Shown piece after piece: positions 16,096-30,887 of a stretch of DNA of 64,000 bases. A program made the position numbers and the translations under genes. The stretch is from the human T2T-CHM13v2.0 reference genome, Homo sapiens. Under the pieces are notes generated by a model, which was not told where the DNA came from, did not search any database, and worked only from the letters and a program-made list of their open reading frames with translations. The first letter of the stretch is position 1, and each line of letters starts with the position of its first letter. The stretch is from assembly GCF_009914755.1 (NCBI RefSeq), contig NC_060929.1. One strand, 5' to 3'.

Positions 16096-16308
16096 AGTAC
16101 TATCCAACAGAACTTCCTGTACAGACGGAAATGTTCTAGAGTGGCACTATCTGCTATGGTAGCCTGGTGCCACACGTGGCTGTAAGCACTTGCAATGTGC
16201 CTGGTGTACTCAAGGAACTGAATTTTTAATTGTATTGTATTTTACTTTATTTAAATTCAAATCTAAATGGTTGTATGTGGCTAGTAGCTACTGTACCCAT
16301 CAGTGCAG
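16096..16308. mobile_element. MER3 hAT element
   Basis: tccaacagaacttcctg..ggaaatgttcta..aggaactgaatttttaatt..atgtggctagtagctac. Confidence 0.75.
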
Positions 16309-18132
16309 TTCTAAAAATATTCAAGGAGGTGAAAAAACAAACAAAACACCCAAACTTGTAGCTGGGGTGATTCAGTGGATCATGGAGTTACTTAGCAATG
16401 AGAAAGAAAAACATAAAGAGAAGCTGATCTTTTCGGAAAGAAATGACCAGAGCTGACAATGTCCGGAGCTGACAATGATATCAGCTTTGGACATGCTGAA
16501 TTTGAGAAAACAACTGGGTATGTAAGAGAGGGCTTATCAGTCAACAATTAGAGATGTAAGTCTGAAGGAAAGCAATTAGAACTGGATAGATAGATTTAGG
16601 AATGCTGGGCATGGATAAGGTCCAGGAAGGAGGTGTGGCAGTGTGGTGGGCAGAGTGCCTGTGTGGAGCTGGCAGGAGTGGAGGGTCAGTGGAGGACAGG
16701 GAGATGGGGACACCTTTTTCTCGGGGAGAAAAGGAAAGGAGGTGAGGACGGGCAATAACAAACGTGATTTGCAGACTGTCAGGGGAAGATGCGAAACAGG
16801 GACTCCCATCTGATGGCTTCTATTTTCTCTGCTAGGCATGAGGGGGGAATGTCAGAAATGAGAAAGGAGGCTGACCTAGGACCAAAAAAGAAAAAAAAAA
16901 AGGAAGCTTACACAGCAGCACTGACAGCTCAGTTGAGCTCTCTTTGAAGACAGTAGACTGAAGAACACATTGTTTTCTTCCAACTCTAGAGACCTCAATA
17001 AATAATAGTACAAAATAAAAAAGGATTAAAACCACAACGGAGATAAGAATGTGCCTGGGGCATTGGCCGAAACAAAATTTGGACACGTTCCTCAACGGCC
17101 AAGTGAAAAGAAGAGCACTGATGAAAGACACAGAATAAAAAAAGTCTATAATGTATACAAAGAGAGGCAGCCAGTCTACCCAGAAGGACGATGGCAGACT
17201 CTAATTCAGCTTTGGCAGAGAGCAGGAAGGACAAGAATGAGAACAGAGGCTTTCAGAGGTTAACAGAGGTTGCAGCTATGTAACTGTACACAACAATTGA
17301 AACTTCCCGGCATATGACAGCTTCAGCTAAAGTCAACAGGTGCTCCTATTAAAAATGCATAGAAATCCTGCATTAAAAAAGGAACAATGAGAAATAAATT
17401 CATTGCCAAGGTCAAAAGACAGCAAAATCTCCAGATGCCAGAAATGAGAAAGAAGGCTGAAGGAGTTGCCAGGAGGTGGTGCCACCGCAAGCCCAGGGGC
17501 TGTGAGCAGGGCACAGAATGAGAGCGTGGGAGGGAGGAGATGGAGGGCGCCTGCTAGTCTAGCTGCTTGAGCTGATCCCTCTGCCTCACGCCTGGAGCCT
17601 CTCTGCTCGACCCATAGGTGAAAAGCTGAAAGTGCTGTCCACAGAAGGAATCCTGAGGCTGTGCAGCGGAGTCAACCTTCAGAAACCAAAACCCCAGACC
17701 AGTGGCACCTTTGGGTGTGAGGTCCAAATTTATACTATCTGCATACTGTGGGACTCCAAACTTGACATGAACACTGGAAACTGGTTTGGATTTTGCCAGG
17801 CCACCCACTGCCTCAGAAACTGCCTAATTTGTAAATCGCCCAGTATCAAGAGAGAACAGGAGACTTAGGCTTCCCATGACTGGGAGCCCAGGTCCACAAA
17901 GCTGCCAGACACAGAGTGAGGACAACTACAGAGAGCAAAAGATAAAACAAGAGAGCCAGCAGTCTGAATCAGGAGCTGAATTCACCCTAGGGGAAATGAA
18001 AATAAAGCAACTGGTAAACCACATCACAATAGGTACACTGAGGAACCTTAAAGAGATTAGGGGAATAATTTCCTTAAGATTAAGAAATAATGAAACAAAA
18101 ATAGACACCAAATCTTAAAAGCCTTCTTGTGG

Positions 18133-18458
18133 GGCTAGGCACGGTGGCTTTGGTGGTAATCCCAACACTTTGGGAGGCCAAGGTGGGAAGGTTGCTTGAC
18201 CCCAGGAGTTTGAGACCAGCCTGGGCAATAGCGCAAGACCCTGTCTCTACAACAACAACAACAACGAATCAGCCAGGAGTGGTGCGTGAGCCAGTAGTCC
18301 CAGCTACTCAGGAGGCTGAGGTGGGAGGATTGCTTGAGCCTGGCAGGTCAAGGCCATGGTGGGCTAGGAGGATCACACCACTGGACTCCAGCCTGGGTGA
18401 TGCAATGAGACTCAGACACACACACACACACACACCACACAAACACACACACACACAC
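18133..18458 (+). mobile_element. AluJ with (ACA)n linker and (CA)n tail
   Basis: Alu body, TSD gccttcttgtgg / gccttctcatgg. Confidence 0.9.
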
Positions 18459-18632
18459 TGCCTTCTCATGGGATAGAGGCATCTCAGGTTCTGTGGGTCT
18501 GTGGGTGTTGTTCTGTTTCATTCACTACTGCATTGCCAACACCTTCAACAGGGACTGACACAGTCTCAATAAAATCTATTGAATGCCACTAAAAAACCTA
18601 TCACCTTAAAATCTAATGCCTACTTAGAATAT

Positions 18633-19075
18633 TGTGGTAGGCTGAATGATGGCCCCCAAAGGCATCCACGCCCTAAACCCCGAGAAATGTAAATGTAGCC
18701 TTGTACGGCAAAAGAGAACTGAGATGGGTAGAGTATCATGGATCATCTAGGTGGACTCAGAAGTCACAAGACCCCTCTAAGAGGGAAGCAGGAGTGCCAG
18801 AGTTAGAGCTCTGAAGATGCTATGCTGCTGGCTTGGGAGATGAAGGAAGGGGCATACTCAAAGGATGCAGGCTCCCTCTAGATGCTGGAAGCGACAAGGA
18901 AGTATATTCTCCCCTCCAGCCTCCAGAGAGATGCAGCCTTGCCGACACTTTCATTTTAGTGAATGAGATGCATTTTGGACTTCTGACCCCCTAGGACTGT
19001 AAGATGATAAATTTGTGTTGTCTTAAGTCACTAAGTTCATGATAATTTGTTACAGCAGCCACAGGAGATTACACA
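18633..19075 (+). mobile_element. MLT1D-type MaLR LTR
   Basis: tgtggtaggctgaatgatggcccccaaag...gataaatttgtgttgtcttaagtcactaag..tttgttacagcagc. Confidence 0.8.
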
Positions 19076-19820
19076 GCTATTATCAAGAGTGTGGGCAAAA
19101 ATAAAGACCCTCTCAAAGATTAAGAATCTATCACCTATAGATCTTTGCTGAAAGAATTTCCTAAGAATACATGATTTTCAGTACCAAAGAAAATTAAACC
19201 TGAGAAAAAGAATGAGATGAAAGAAACAATGAAAGTACAAGAGCTGACACTGATGTAGGTGGTGAAATACTCCTTTGCTGCTGTTGGGCGGATGGGCTGG
19301 CCAGATTTCCCAAAAGCTGCCCTGGGGTACTTGGTCAAAGCAAGACTATACACACTCTGAGACTCAGCAGTTTCACTCCTGGACATGTGATCCTGAGTAA
19401 TTCCCACCAGGCCGGAGGAGACATGTGCAAGGGACTATGCCCCGGAGCATTGTTTGTGGTCATGGGAAATGGGAAGCAATTTGATTGTCAGCTGCTGTAA
19501 ATGCAATAGGTGGGTCACTATAGAATGCTAGATGTCCTTAGACACACAGGACCAGATGTACACACAGCCATATGGACAAACCTTAAAATCAGAGTGCTGA
19601 GGAGAAAAACATAAGAGAAGGCGACAGCAGAGTAACATTTAAATAAATTAAAAGTAATGCAAAACACTATCTTAGGACATGCACAAAATGGGGGGAAGGG
19701 GATGGGATATTATATGGGATAAATTATTTGCAAGGAATAAATTAAAAGAGGGACCAGTGAATGTGACTAGTGAATATAATTATCTTCTCTCTCTGTCCTG
19801 AGTGCCAAATTACAACAAAA

Positions 19821-20030
19821 GCCAGGCATGGTGGTGCGCACCTGTAGTCCCAGCTACTCAGGCAGCTTGCTATGCAGGAGGATCGCTTAGCTTAGAATTC
19901 AAGGGTCGAGCGCACTGTGATTACACCTGTCAATAGCCACTGCATTCCAGCCTGGGCAACATAGCCAGATCCCATATCTATCTTATCTATCTATCTATTG
20001 ATCTCTCTCTCTCTCTCTCTCTCAATCAAT
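19821..20030 (+). mobile_element. Alu right-arm monomer with (TCTA)n/(TC)n tail
   Basis: gccaggcatggtggtgcgcacctgtagtcccagctactc...ccagcctgggcaacatag followed by simple repeats. Confidence 0.75.
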
Positions 20031-20893
20031 CCAAAAGAAAGTAAATGATGCAAGCCAGGAGCATAAGGGATTAGGCAGAGTGGGAAAGTGAGATGTTGGG
20101 GGGATTTGGCCCTAGAGCTGTCAAACACAAAGAGTGTGCACAGAAGCAGGTTTCCAAAGTGGTAGGAAATTCCTTGGAAACGTGAGGCTAGGCAAGTATG
20201 AGACAGGTCAGCTATGCGGATGCTTCAATCTCTGAGTACAATTGTGGGAGCACAGACAAGAGTCAGCTGATGAAGTCATCTGTGAATGTGGCTCACAGAT
20301 GAGTGACAAGCAGGAAGGCAAGGTGGCACCAGAGTCCTGAGCAGGATCAGAAACATTTTTATTAGCCATAAAAGAAAGAGCCTGTTCTGCTGATGATACG
20401 TAGCAGTACTCACTGGGTAGTTGTAATTTCAGGCAATTAGGCTGTAATTCATAATTTCACTGTGTAATGGAGCTGGTTGAGATGAGATGATTCCCACACT
20501 ATAGAATGGTGAGAATCACTAGGCTGGGAAAGTTCTACTTAATGAGCTTCATGCAGTTAGTCCCTGTGTAGTTTTTGGAAAGCTGCTATCTCGAAGTCCA
20601 GGGTTTGTAGATATTTTGCCGAGAACCACACCTCTTATTGGAGATTTTATATGATTTTTCTTAGAGCCCTCAAATAATCAGAATCTATTTACAGCAAATA
20701 TTTATTTCTTTCTATAAATCAAATTTACATGGTGTTTCAGGATAGTGGTATTTTATTGTTAATGGCAATTTTGACTAGATGGAAACAGAAGAGAGAGATC
20801 ACAAAATAGAAGGAGAAAACATCCAACAGCATTTCCATCTCTCGGTAAGTTTGATATGTGTGCTATTTTCTCTTTTGTTTTATAGCCCACTAA

Positions 20894-21251
<358 letters not shown>

Positions 21252-22059
21252 AATGTTCCTAATTTCTTACCAGCTTTTTGACAAATTGAGTCAGCTTCTT
21301 TCATGACAGCCAAGAGCTAGCCTTGAAGCAGCCTGGCCTCCTCATAGGCACATGAGGCTGGGGTGAGTAAGCAAATACTGGTGCCCACAGCAGGAGTTGC
21401 CTCACAATCTCCGTGGCTCAAGTGTGTGTAAGGCCCTCATGAAGTAACTGGGAGCTGTGTCCATGGAAGAGGTCAAAGAACCAGGGTTCTGGGGATTCTC
21501 TGCCTTGGATTCCCCCTAAAACTCCCTCAGTCTACAGAGAGGAGGGGAACACAACACTGGACTCAGGTCAAGGTAAAAGCATGCATACCACCAGCTTCCT
21601 ATTTTCTGCAACAAGCTCAGTGTGCCTTCATGTAGCATTAGAATGCCAGGAGAGTGGGTCTGTGAAACCCTAAGGAATCTGGCCCCCATGTTGCTGTAAC
21701 AGAGGACATTTTACCCACTGTTGGTCTGCATGGGAGTGGGGCTAGGATGAGGACAAGGGTGGACAGAAGGCTACAGGAAAGTGGTCTAAACAAGAGAACA
21801 ATGACAACTGCCTCCCCTAATAAGGCCACCAGATCCCAAATTTTGGTACCAAGAGTTAACATCAACGTAGACTTGGGCAAGATTGTTAAAGCTTTTGTAG
21901 GCCTCTGTTTTCCCATCTCTAAAAAGGGTATAATAATAGTACCTATCAGCTAGGATTCTGGAGCAGATTAAACAAAATGTGCATAAATCATCACCCATCA
22001 CAAATAAGTGTTTGAAATATGTTCTGGGCTATTATCATAATTTAGGTTTTCAAAATTAT

Positions 22060-22280
22060 TTATTTTTAGAGACAGGGCCTTGCTATTATTACCCAGGTTG
22101 GAGTACAATGGTGTGATCACAGCTCACTGCAGACTTGATCACCTGGGCTCAAGCCATTTTCCCACCTCAGCCCCCGAGTAGCTGGGACTATGGGTGCACA
22201 CCATCACACTTGGCTAATTAAAAAAAAAAAAATTTTTTTTTTGGTAGAACAGAGGTCTTGCTATGTTACCCAGGCTGGTG
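22060..22280 (-). mobile_element. AluJ, partial
   Basis: gagacagggccttgct..cagctcactgcag..ccaggctgg. Confidence 0.85.
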
Positions 22281-23099
22281 ATTTAGGCTTTGAGTAAGTC
22301 CCGCTTTGCCTTTAGAGGTATCTGATTTTAATCTGGGGGGTGTCTAGTCTGAGAGGAGTTCAGTCTGCAAATATTCACAGAATGTCAATACTATCAATAT
22401 TATTAACAGAGCCTTTCTTAAAAATAAGCCCTACTGAGCTTGCACTGGTAAGTGGCTCCCTGTGGAAGTGATTTCCTTCATGGGGTGAGCTGGGGGACTT
22501 GGCACTGGGCCAGGCAGTGCCTCCATGCCTTGGGAGCCCCGGGGTGCCTGTACCCTGGTGGACTCCACCCTCCCTCCACTTCTAGCTCAGATGACCCTGG
22601 TGAAGGGACAGTGCAGGGCAGGCTCCACATAGCAGGCAGCTTCCCTAGCAGACGCCGGGCTTATCACTGCTACATGGTGGGCCCAGGAGGAGCAGGCTGG
22701 GCATGAGGAGAAGGCAGAAAGCCTGTAGCTCTTTCTCTCAGTTCACCTGCAGAGGGGAAGTAGAGGACACTTGGAGAAGCTCTTGGCCCATGTCCAGTGG
22801 GTGACCAAAGGACACTGCCTCTCCCTTCCTTGTCTCCAAGTGCTGACCACAATCATAATGTGGGGGAGTGTGCCAGGGTGCTACACCCCATTTACTGACT
22901 CTGGCTCATGGAAAGGCCTGGGCACACATCCTCTCAAAGAGCTTCCCAGTGATTCTGACACACACGTGTGGGGTCACCACAAGATGGATGAGTGAAACTG
23001 CCTGTTTCTCTGCAACTCTGATTCACGGCCAAGCCCGGCTGGTATCATAGTCAAAGCATGTAAATCAGCTGCATCAGAAACTTGTACTGTTGAATATCC

Positions 23100-23390
23100 A
23101 CATGTTCCTAAGCCCCTTTATGGTTAGGTAAAGCCATCTGCCTAGTTCTGGTCAACAGGCAGGGCGCAGAAGCATTTAAATGCTGTGGTGGGAGCCTTTG
23201 AGTGGGCTCTTAGGTGGTGGATGGCCAACAGTCTGAGTTTCTGAGTGAATGTATGGATCAGAGACGTGCACCTGTCCCCTAACCTGCACTGAATATATGG
23301 TGCAGGCAAGAAACAACGTGCCATGCCACTGAGATTTGGGGAGTGAACCTGTTATTGCAGAAAAATCTAGCCTCATACTGACTAATATAC
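23100..23390 (+). mobile_element. Old MLT1-type LTR fragment
   Basis: 3' end gccactgagatttgggg..tgttattgcag..ctagcct..ctgactaata. Confidence 0.5.
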
Positions 23391-26019
23391 CAGCCATACA
23401 AAAGAAGAGCCACCTGAGCCTCCCATGTGGAAGGAGCACACTGAAGCCAGACCTGGCTCCTCTCAGCTCCCTCCCATGCAGCTAGATGACAGCTGGGGAG
23501 AGCTGAGAGGAGCGGTGTTGAGACAGGACTTGGTTTTACAGAACTTTTATGAATTTAAACTCAGCTAATATTGGCATCCTCTTCCTTATCCTGAAAAGAA
23601 ATTCCCATGAAGAAATGGAACAAATAAGAAATGAACAAAGTTCCATAAAGGACAAAAAAGAAGACTCAGCTTATATGTGAATATCAAACCATTAAAAGCT
23701 GTGAGATACAGATCATTCTCCATAATCCATACTTTTTTGTTTTTGCTTAATTTGAAAATTAAAGAGGACAAAGAAGAAAAAAAGCAATCGCATACTTCCA
23801 CTGCCCAGATTTAACCTGTTAATATTTTAGCATATCAGTGTTCTATTTCTATGTATATACTTCTGCATATTAAAAATTATACAATGATATGAATACATTC
23901 ATTAAAAACATAAATTAGAACATTATAGAGAAGTTTAAGGTCCCTTTGAGGCCAATACAACATATTACCATTATGATGTTGGTTTATATTTTTCTGGTCT
24001 ATTTTCAATATTTTTATATACATACATATGAATATCTATGAAATGGAAATTTATACAGCTATAAATTCATAATAAATATAAAGTACTATTTTGCAGTCTG
24101 CATTTTCTCTATATAGCCCTGTCTCAAGAAAAGCAACACCAAGGGGAGGTAGAGTGGGACCAGCTCAGACGGGACTATGGCCAAATGAGGCTAAAAGAGA
24201 TGTGAGGGAAAACATAGATGTCTCTTTATTTAACCTCTGTAAGATCACAACACTTACACTTCCAGGCTGGTCTCAAACTCCTGGGCTCAAGCAATCCTCC
24301 TGCCTCGGCCTCCCAGAGTGCTAGAAGTATAAACGTGAGCCACCGCACCTGGCCGAGGGTGACTTTTATTTGGTTCAAAATAGCATGTCTACTTGTCTCT
24401 TGAATTTACTGTGGCAATGAAACCAGAAGCCAGACCCCCAGGATGAGAGAGGCCCAGGAGAGACAGATGGAACTCATTCCAAGACATGCAGAAAATACCC
24501 AGGTAGAGCACAGTGTGTAAAGAAGAAATTGTTAACACCTTATGACATGAACATGCAGAAGAATTCTGTAAATCTGAAGAATTTCTAGAAAATCTCAGAA
24601 GGAACTTATGTGGCCGATTTGTGTTCAAGTCTATGGTTCAGCGGGACACAGTTTCATGTGCCTGTGGTCATATCAAGTTTGCTTTGCCAAACACATTGGG
24701 GAAAGCGCTGATTATTTTTGCCACATCATGGCTGACTTAAACAATGTAGCTAAAAAAATGGGAACAATGTGGAGAAAGTGGTTCCTGCCATCACACGACT
24801 CTCTGGGGAGCTCTCAGGGCACTCTCTGTGTTTACCTGTCCCCACCACTTGACATAAACCTTGCAATGATCTGTTTACTTGCCTGTCTCTCCAACATCCT
24901 TGAAGCCAGGGACTGTGTCCTGTTCATCACTGTAACCCCTCTGTCTGGCACAGAGATGACCAATCACGTTTGTGAAATGAATGAATGAAGAATAAAGTAA
25001 TTCCTTTACAGAGTAATTCTCCCTTGCCTACATTAAGCCCAATTCTTTATGTGTGAGGAAATACATGGTTATATCACAGAGCAAACAGAAATAAATGATT
25101 GCCTCATTCAGTAATGAACTAGGACCAATAATAAAATTGCCTGTTGCTCCTTAGGTACTGCTCTGCCACTAGCCCAATTTGTTAACTGACTACATTAAAG
25201 ATCTAATTTAATTAAATCTTGAACAAAGCTCAGAAGACCTACAGAGAGCACTTTGCTTAATTACAGGCACGGTTCAAGCACCAATCCTATTGATCTGGTC
25301 GGTTAAAATTCTATACAATGAATGTGGGCAAAGAAAAAAAGAAAAAGAAAGTGGCCCCAATTGCTCGTCAAGGAACTTTGATGAACTATGGATTCAGAGC
25401 TGCTACAAAGACAGCAAAGGCAAACCAGCCTTGTACTCTGTACTGTCACAGGGTAAAAATAAAATGGTACCTCAGTCACTCTGCAGAGCTACACATCGTC
25501 AAGAACAGAAGACAATGACAACCACGAAGGACAGATCCCTCCTGAGGGAAATAAAGCACACTAGGTGGGTGGGTGAGTGACGGCTGGAAGAAGACTTTTG
25601 GCACTTAAAGTCTAGTAAACAGGCATTCAAATGCATCTAGTACACTTTTTGAGATCTACACTCATCTTGAAATAAAAAGCAATAAATCCAATTCATGGTA
25701 TGTATATAAATTCCTGAGAATATCTCTAGTTGAGGAAGAGATAAAAGTTAACATTATTTGAAGGTAACTGAAATAAAAATTATACAAAACTATACTAGTT
25801 GCACAAACTTATAAAAGGTAACAGATGTGACTGGAAGAAAGGCTTTGACTAAAATGTGTCTATGTGTGCAGGCCTGTATGTGTGTGTGTGTAATTATCCA
25901 ATGTCCATGTTGGAGTTCTTCAAACATCTAAGGATTCCTATTTAAAAAAATGACAGGATGGTGTTCAACTTTCCGTATCACTCGACAGGTAACTATATAT
26001 TTTACTCCAAAGAACTACT

Positions 26020-26235
26020 ACTAATTTTTTGAGCATTTACTACGTGCCAGACATCGCCTAACCACTTTACGAGTATTATCTAATTTTTGCTTTGGGTGCT
26101 ATTATTGTCCCACTTCGTGGCAGAGTAAACTGAGGCACAGAGAGGTTAGGCAACCTGCCAAAGACTCGTGGTGACTTGGCAGGTCAGGCTGTGCATGACC
26201 CAGGCAATCTGGCTCCAGAGCCCTGGTACCTAGTG
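26020..26235 (-). mobile_element. MIR
   Basis: gagcatttactacgtgccag..aaactgaggcacagagaggttaggcaacctgcc. Confidence 0.75.
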
Positions 26236-26963
26236 TAGTGCCTCCGCACTGTGCTATTCTTAATACTGACCTCCAGAGTTGGAGAAAACACTGGAAAGTG
26301 GGGAAGGGGACTTTTTATTTTTTGCTAGTCCACCATGAAGGGCTGGCAAGTGAGAGAAGAAAATTCATTCTAAACCACAATATGTAATTACACCAAAGAC
26401 CAACAATTTCCCTCACAAAACATGCACCATCAGAATGCACACACTAAGAGCAAGTACATACCTAATTAGGACATCAGTGATAATCATCGGGGAGTGTAAC
26501 CCAGGAAATTACAGGTGGCGTGGGCTTTAGTGCTAAGCAAATTTCATCATGCTGCCCAGATAAAGCCTTTGCTGACTGGGATGATTTACACCTGCTGATG
26601 CAACTATGGAGACTGTCATCCGATATAGCTGCATACTGAAAATATGCTTATGCACGTGAGTTAAGACAAAATGATGTTCAGATATGAGAGGTAGTAGTGC
26701 CAGCCTTTTAATTATGACATTAGCACAAATGAAGAAGAGTTGATAACATTCAAAAATAGTAATTTCTTCCATATTTTTCAAATGAGGAAGAGTTGATAAC
26801 ATTCAAAAATAGTAATTTCTTCCGTTTTATATAATGGCAACTAAGAATACTTACAAATGGATTAAAAACAAAATGATGTACACATCCTGAGCTCGTTGAA
26901 GCATAGAAGAGCAAGTTATTTACAAGGTCTTTTTTATGGCTAAGGGAGCAAGAGCAGTGGTGA

Positions 26964-27303
<340 letters not shown>

Positions 27304-28270
27304 AGTATTTTTCCCCTTCTAAGTCAACTTTATCTGTGTACAAAATTAGCAGTCAGAGCACAACTAGAAAACAAGCTTCTAATATTGCCAAGACCAAGAA
27401 AGAGAGTCAAGTAAGTCTAGTAATTCAAAGTGAAGTTCAGAGGGAAGTGTTTGATTGAGGAATTCATTGCTTCACCCCCAGTCCAATCACAGATCAAACT
27501 CACAGCCAAACACAGAAGTGCTTGTGGGTTCCTGGGATTAAAAACTTCACCTTGGAAAAACTGAGGCTTTAACAATTCTGCCGAACATTTCTATCCTGAA
27601 ACATTAGCTCCTTCAGTAATGGATACATGTCCTAAACAAAATGATACTCAAACTAGGTCAGGCCCTAGGGTGAATAGCAGGAGTCACACATACACATCTG
27701 TAAACACAGAGACACACACATAACATGCACACTTAAACAGATGCACATACACACATACATATATGCACACAATGTACAAGATATGGCTATTTTAACTTCA
27801 GTAAGTCTGCACCAGGAGAGACGACATTCTATACTAGATTCAGTATAAGCAAATGAGAGCAGGTACAATAAAGCTAAATAAAATTTTATAGAAAAAAATT
27901 AAAAAGGTAAAATTCCATTTTTTTTTTCAAATTCTAAAGACTATTAGTTTATCCTAAAGAACATTTTAATTGAGCTTAGAAAAGATGTGCTTACCCTGGA
28001 AAGTTTAGAATCACTGCCCCGATGTAATTTTATCAACCAGTCAGATTTAAGATTCCAGAGAAAAGTGTTTGCTTTTTTTTTTTAAATCTTACCTCTATAC
28101 CTTAGCAATTTCGAACTACTTTCAAGAAGGACTTCATAACAGGAAAGAGACAGTGATTCCCAAAATTACAAATGCCACAAAATTCTCACGGTGCCCCTGG
28201 TGCTATACACCAGCCTCTCTCAGCCCCATGCCCAGGAAGGGCCTGACCATTATGGATGCAGCATGCTCAC

Positions 28271-28477
28271 CCTCCTCCGGAGCCGGTCCCGCTCTTCCCG
28301 GATGGCATTCATGGTGGCCTTAGTCCGGTTCAGTTCTTCCTCTTTGCTGCACAGCATGGCAGTCAGGCTCTCATTCTCTTCCCTCAGCCCAGCCAGCTCC
28401 TTCTCCCACCGAGACCTCTCTTCAGCCAGGTTGGGATACAGGTCCCGGCCAAGCACCCCCTCAATCTCCTCGACTGT
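28271..28477 (-). CDS. MCC: MCC coding exon, 207 nt, phase 0-0, coiled coil: TVEEIEGVLGRDLYPNLAEERSRWEKELAGLREENESLTAMLCSKEEELNRTKATMNAIREERDRLRRR
   Basis: Acceptor tgtgttttacag|ACA, donor AGG|gtgagc. Contained in ORF-track entry 28250..28624(-). Confidence 0.97.
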
Positions 28478-29366
28478 CTGTAAAACACAGCCCCAAAGAA
28501 AAGTCAAGTAAGTTACCTTGGAGAAAGGGGATAGGAAGAAAATAGGCTGAACAGGAATAAATGTCCATAGAGGAGTGTGTTCTAGAACCACTTTGTTATA
28601 AATAGTGATCATGACTACAGACACCCCAAAGTTATCCTGTCTCCAATTTCAGATGAGGCTCTGTCACTTGCCTGGGGTACAGTCTGTGTTACCTGGCAAC
28701 CTTCAGAGTAAGAAAAACAGTGAGTCCTCTCCTGGCAGCTGAGTCTGTCTGTGGTGCTAGCTGACACATCCACACAATGCTTATTTCCTTCACTTGAGTT
28801 CCAGAGTTGGTGGATACACACAACCAGGCAGAAGGCCATTTAGTGATCCTGGTAATGTGAGGACAAACATGAGGTTGTAAACTGCATACAAAATCTAACT
28901 TGAAGTTTCCTAAATTATAGGCCTCCCACATGCCAACTCAGCGATAAGATAGGTCACATTACCATTTCCAGCTTTTAGTGCCACATCCAAATTCAGATGG
29001 TGCAAATGAGGTTCAGTCTCAAGATGTGAAAGACAAAAATAAACCTCATTGACACAGAAAAGAGGAAGCTCATTGTGGAGATTTCTAAGACAGCAGGGAT
29101 TAAATTAATAATACAGCTTCAAAATTTAAAGGAAAATCTTAGTAGCACATAGTTTTAAAAAATTCATTTAAAAACATTTAATGAAGAAGAAACATGCATA
29201 TTAGGGAAAAAAGGAAGAAGTCATTCTGCTTACTCTTATAAACTGTTCATTCACATTTACTGTCCTTTGAAAAAGGAAGCACAAGCCAGTGGATAATGAA
29301 ACAAGAGGGAGAATTACTATGAAGAGGTAGAAGGCAGTGAAGAGATGGAATAAGAAACAGAAGACT

Positions 29367-29728
<362 letters not shown>

Positions 29729-30723
29729 TCACTCTTGGATGCTCATGTTGGTTCTCAAATCTTGCTGCCACTTTTCCCATGTGCTGCTTTGTCCTTCCTT
29801 TAAATCTGGAGACTCTCATCCTACTTGGCTCTGCTCCAGACCCTGTGGCTTTGTCCCTAGCTGGTTGGTAGAGGCCCTTGGCCTCCTCCTTCCCTCTCAA
29901 CTCCGAGGTTGGGGCTAGACCCAAGTTGACATTACAATCAAATATAGGGCCCAGGAGATTCCAGAGAAAGAAACACCAGCAATTGCTTCTCCCTGCCCTG
30001 AACTACATCAACTACATATTTGCAATTGAGATGAAGAAAGATGGAAAACCAGCAGTGTTACAAACATGCATCGTGGTTTACCTTGTGACACCACAGTTCT
30101 TTTGTGCAATCCAGGATTCCTACTTATAGAAACTTGGGCCTGCATTTTCTCTTTATGGGCTCCTCCTAGACTTTTAAATTTGAATTGCTATGCCCAGGTC
30201 ACTAAGTTACGTTGAAGGAATATAAAGATACCAGAGGCCTAGTATCAGTAAGCCTTGACTTTCCCATCATTCACAATGAGTTTGTGCAGATGCAACAAAT
30301 TCCTGTCACCATCTCAAACAGCAAGAGGAATTGATGAATGGACTCCTGAAATCGTATTCTAGAGGCCTTAGAGCTTTAACAAAACTTCCAAGCTAAACTT
30401 ACAGCTTACGAGTGGCTCTATGATGAACCACTCTAAAATGACGTGGTTCAATACTAGCAGTCGAATGGTTTCCAAGTAAATTGTCCTTTTTACCGCAAAG
30501 CCAGTGAACCTGACTGCTGACATCATGACTTTTTCTGAAATAAATCAGCCCAACCAAAATTTCTAGAGCCCCCGCTTCTACACCGTGGCTCAAGCTATTG
30601 TATGGCTCTCATGGAAACATTCATCCCTAGTAAGTATTTAAGAAAACTGCACTTCAAGAGAAGGATTGGACCATTTCCCTTTCAGAACCTCAAAGGGCCT
30701 CACAGAGGGTGAGGAAGGTCTAC

Positions 30724-30887
30724 CTTAATAGCCAGGTCACAGTGCTCGCTGGCTGTGGTGAGCTGCTCAATGTGCCTGTCCACCTCGGCCACGGAGAGGC
30801 TGCAGCTGCTCTTCTTCCTGCCGCAGACAACATTCTCCAGCCCTGTCAGCACCCTCTGCAGTTCTGAGTTCAGGTCACTGCAGTTGT
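30724..30887 (-). CDS. MCC: MCC coding exon, 164 nt, phase 1 to 0: (D)NCSDLNSELQRVLTGLENVVCGRKKSSCSLSVAEVDRHIEQLTTASEHCDLAIK
   Basis: Acceptor cattcactcacag|AC, donor AAG|gtagac. Open frame continuous with both neighbouring exons. Confidence 0.96.

Noticed and set aside
16450-16477. Short direct repeats gagctgacaatg x2, and cactaacctga x2 near 40296-40320
   Set aside because: 11-12 bp slippage duplications are common background.
28478-28624. In-frame upstream extension of the 207-nt exon as an alternative N-terminus
   Set aside because: It runs through the polypyrimidine tract and acceptor, so it is chance open intron sequence.
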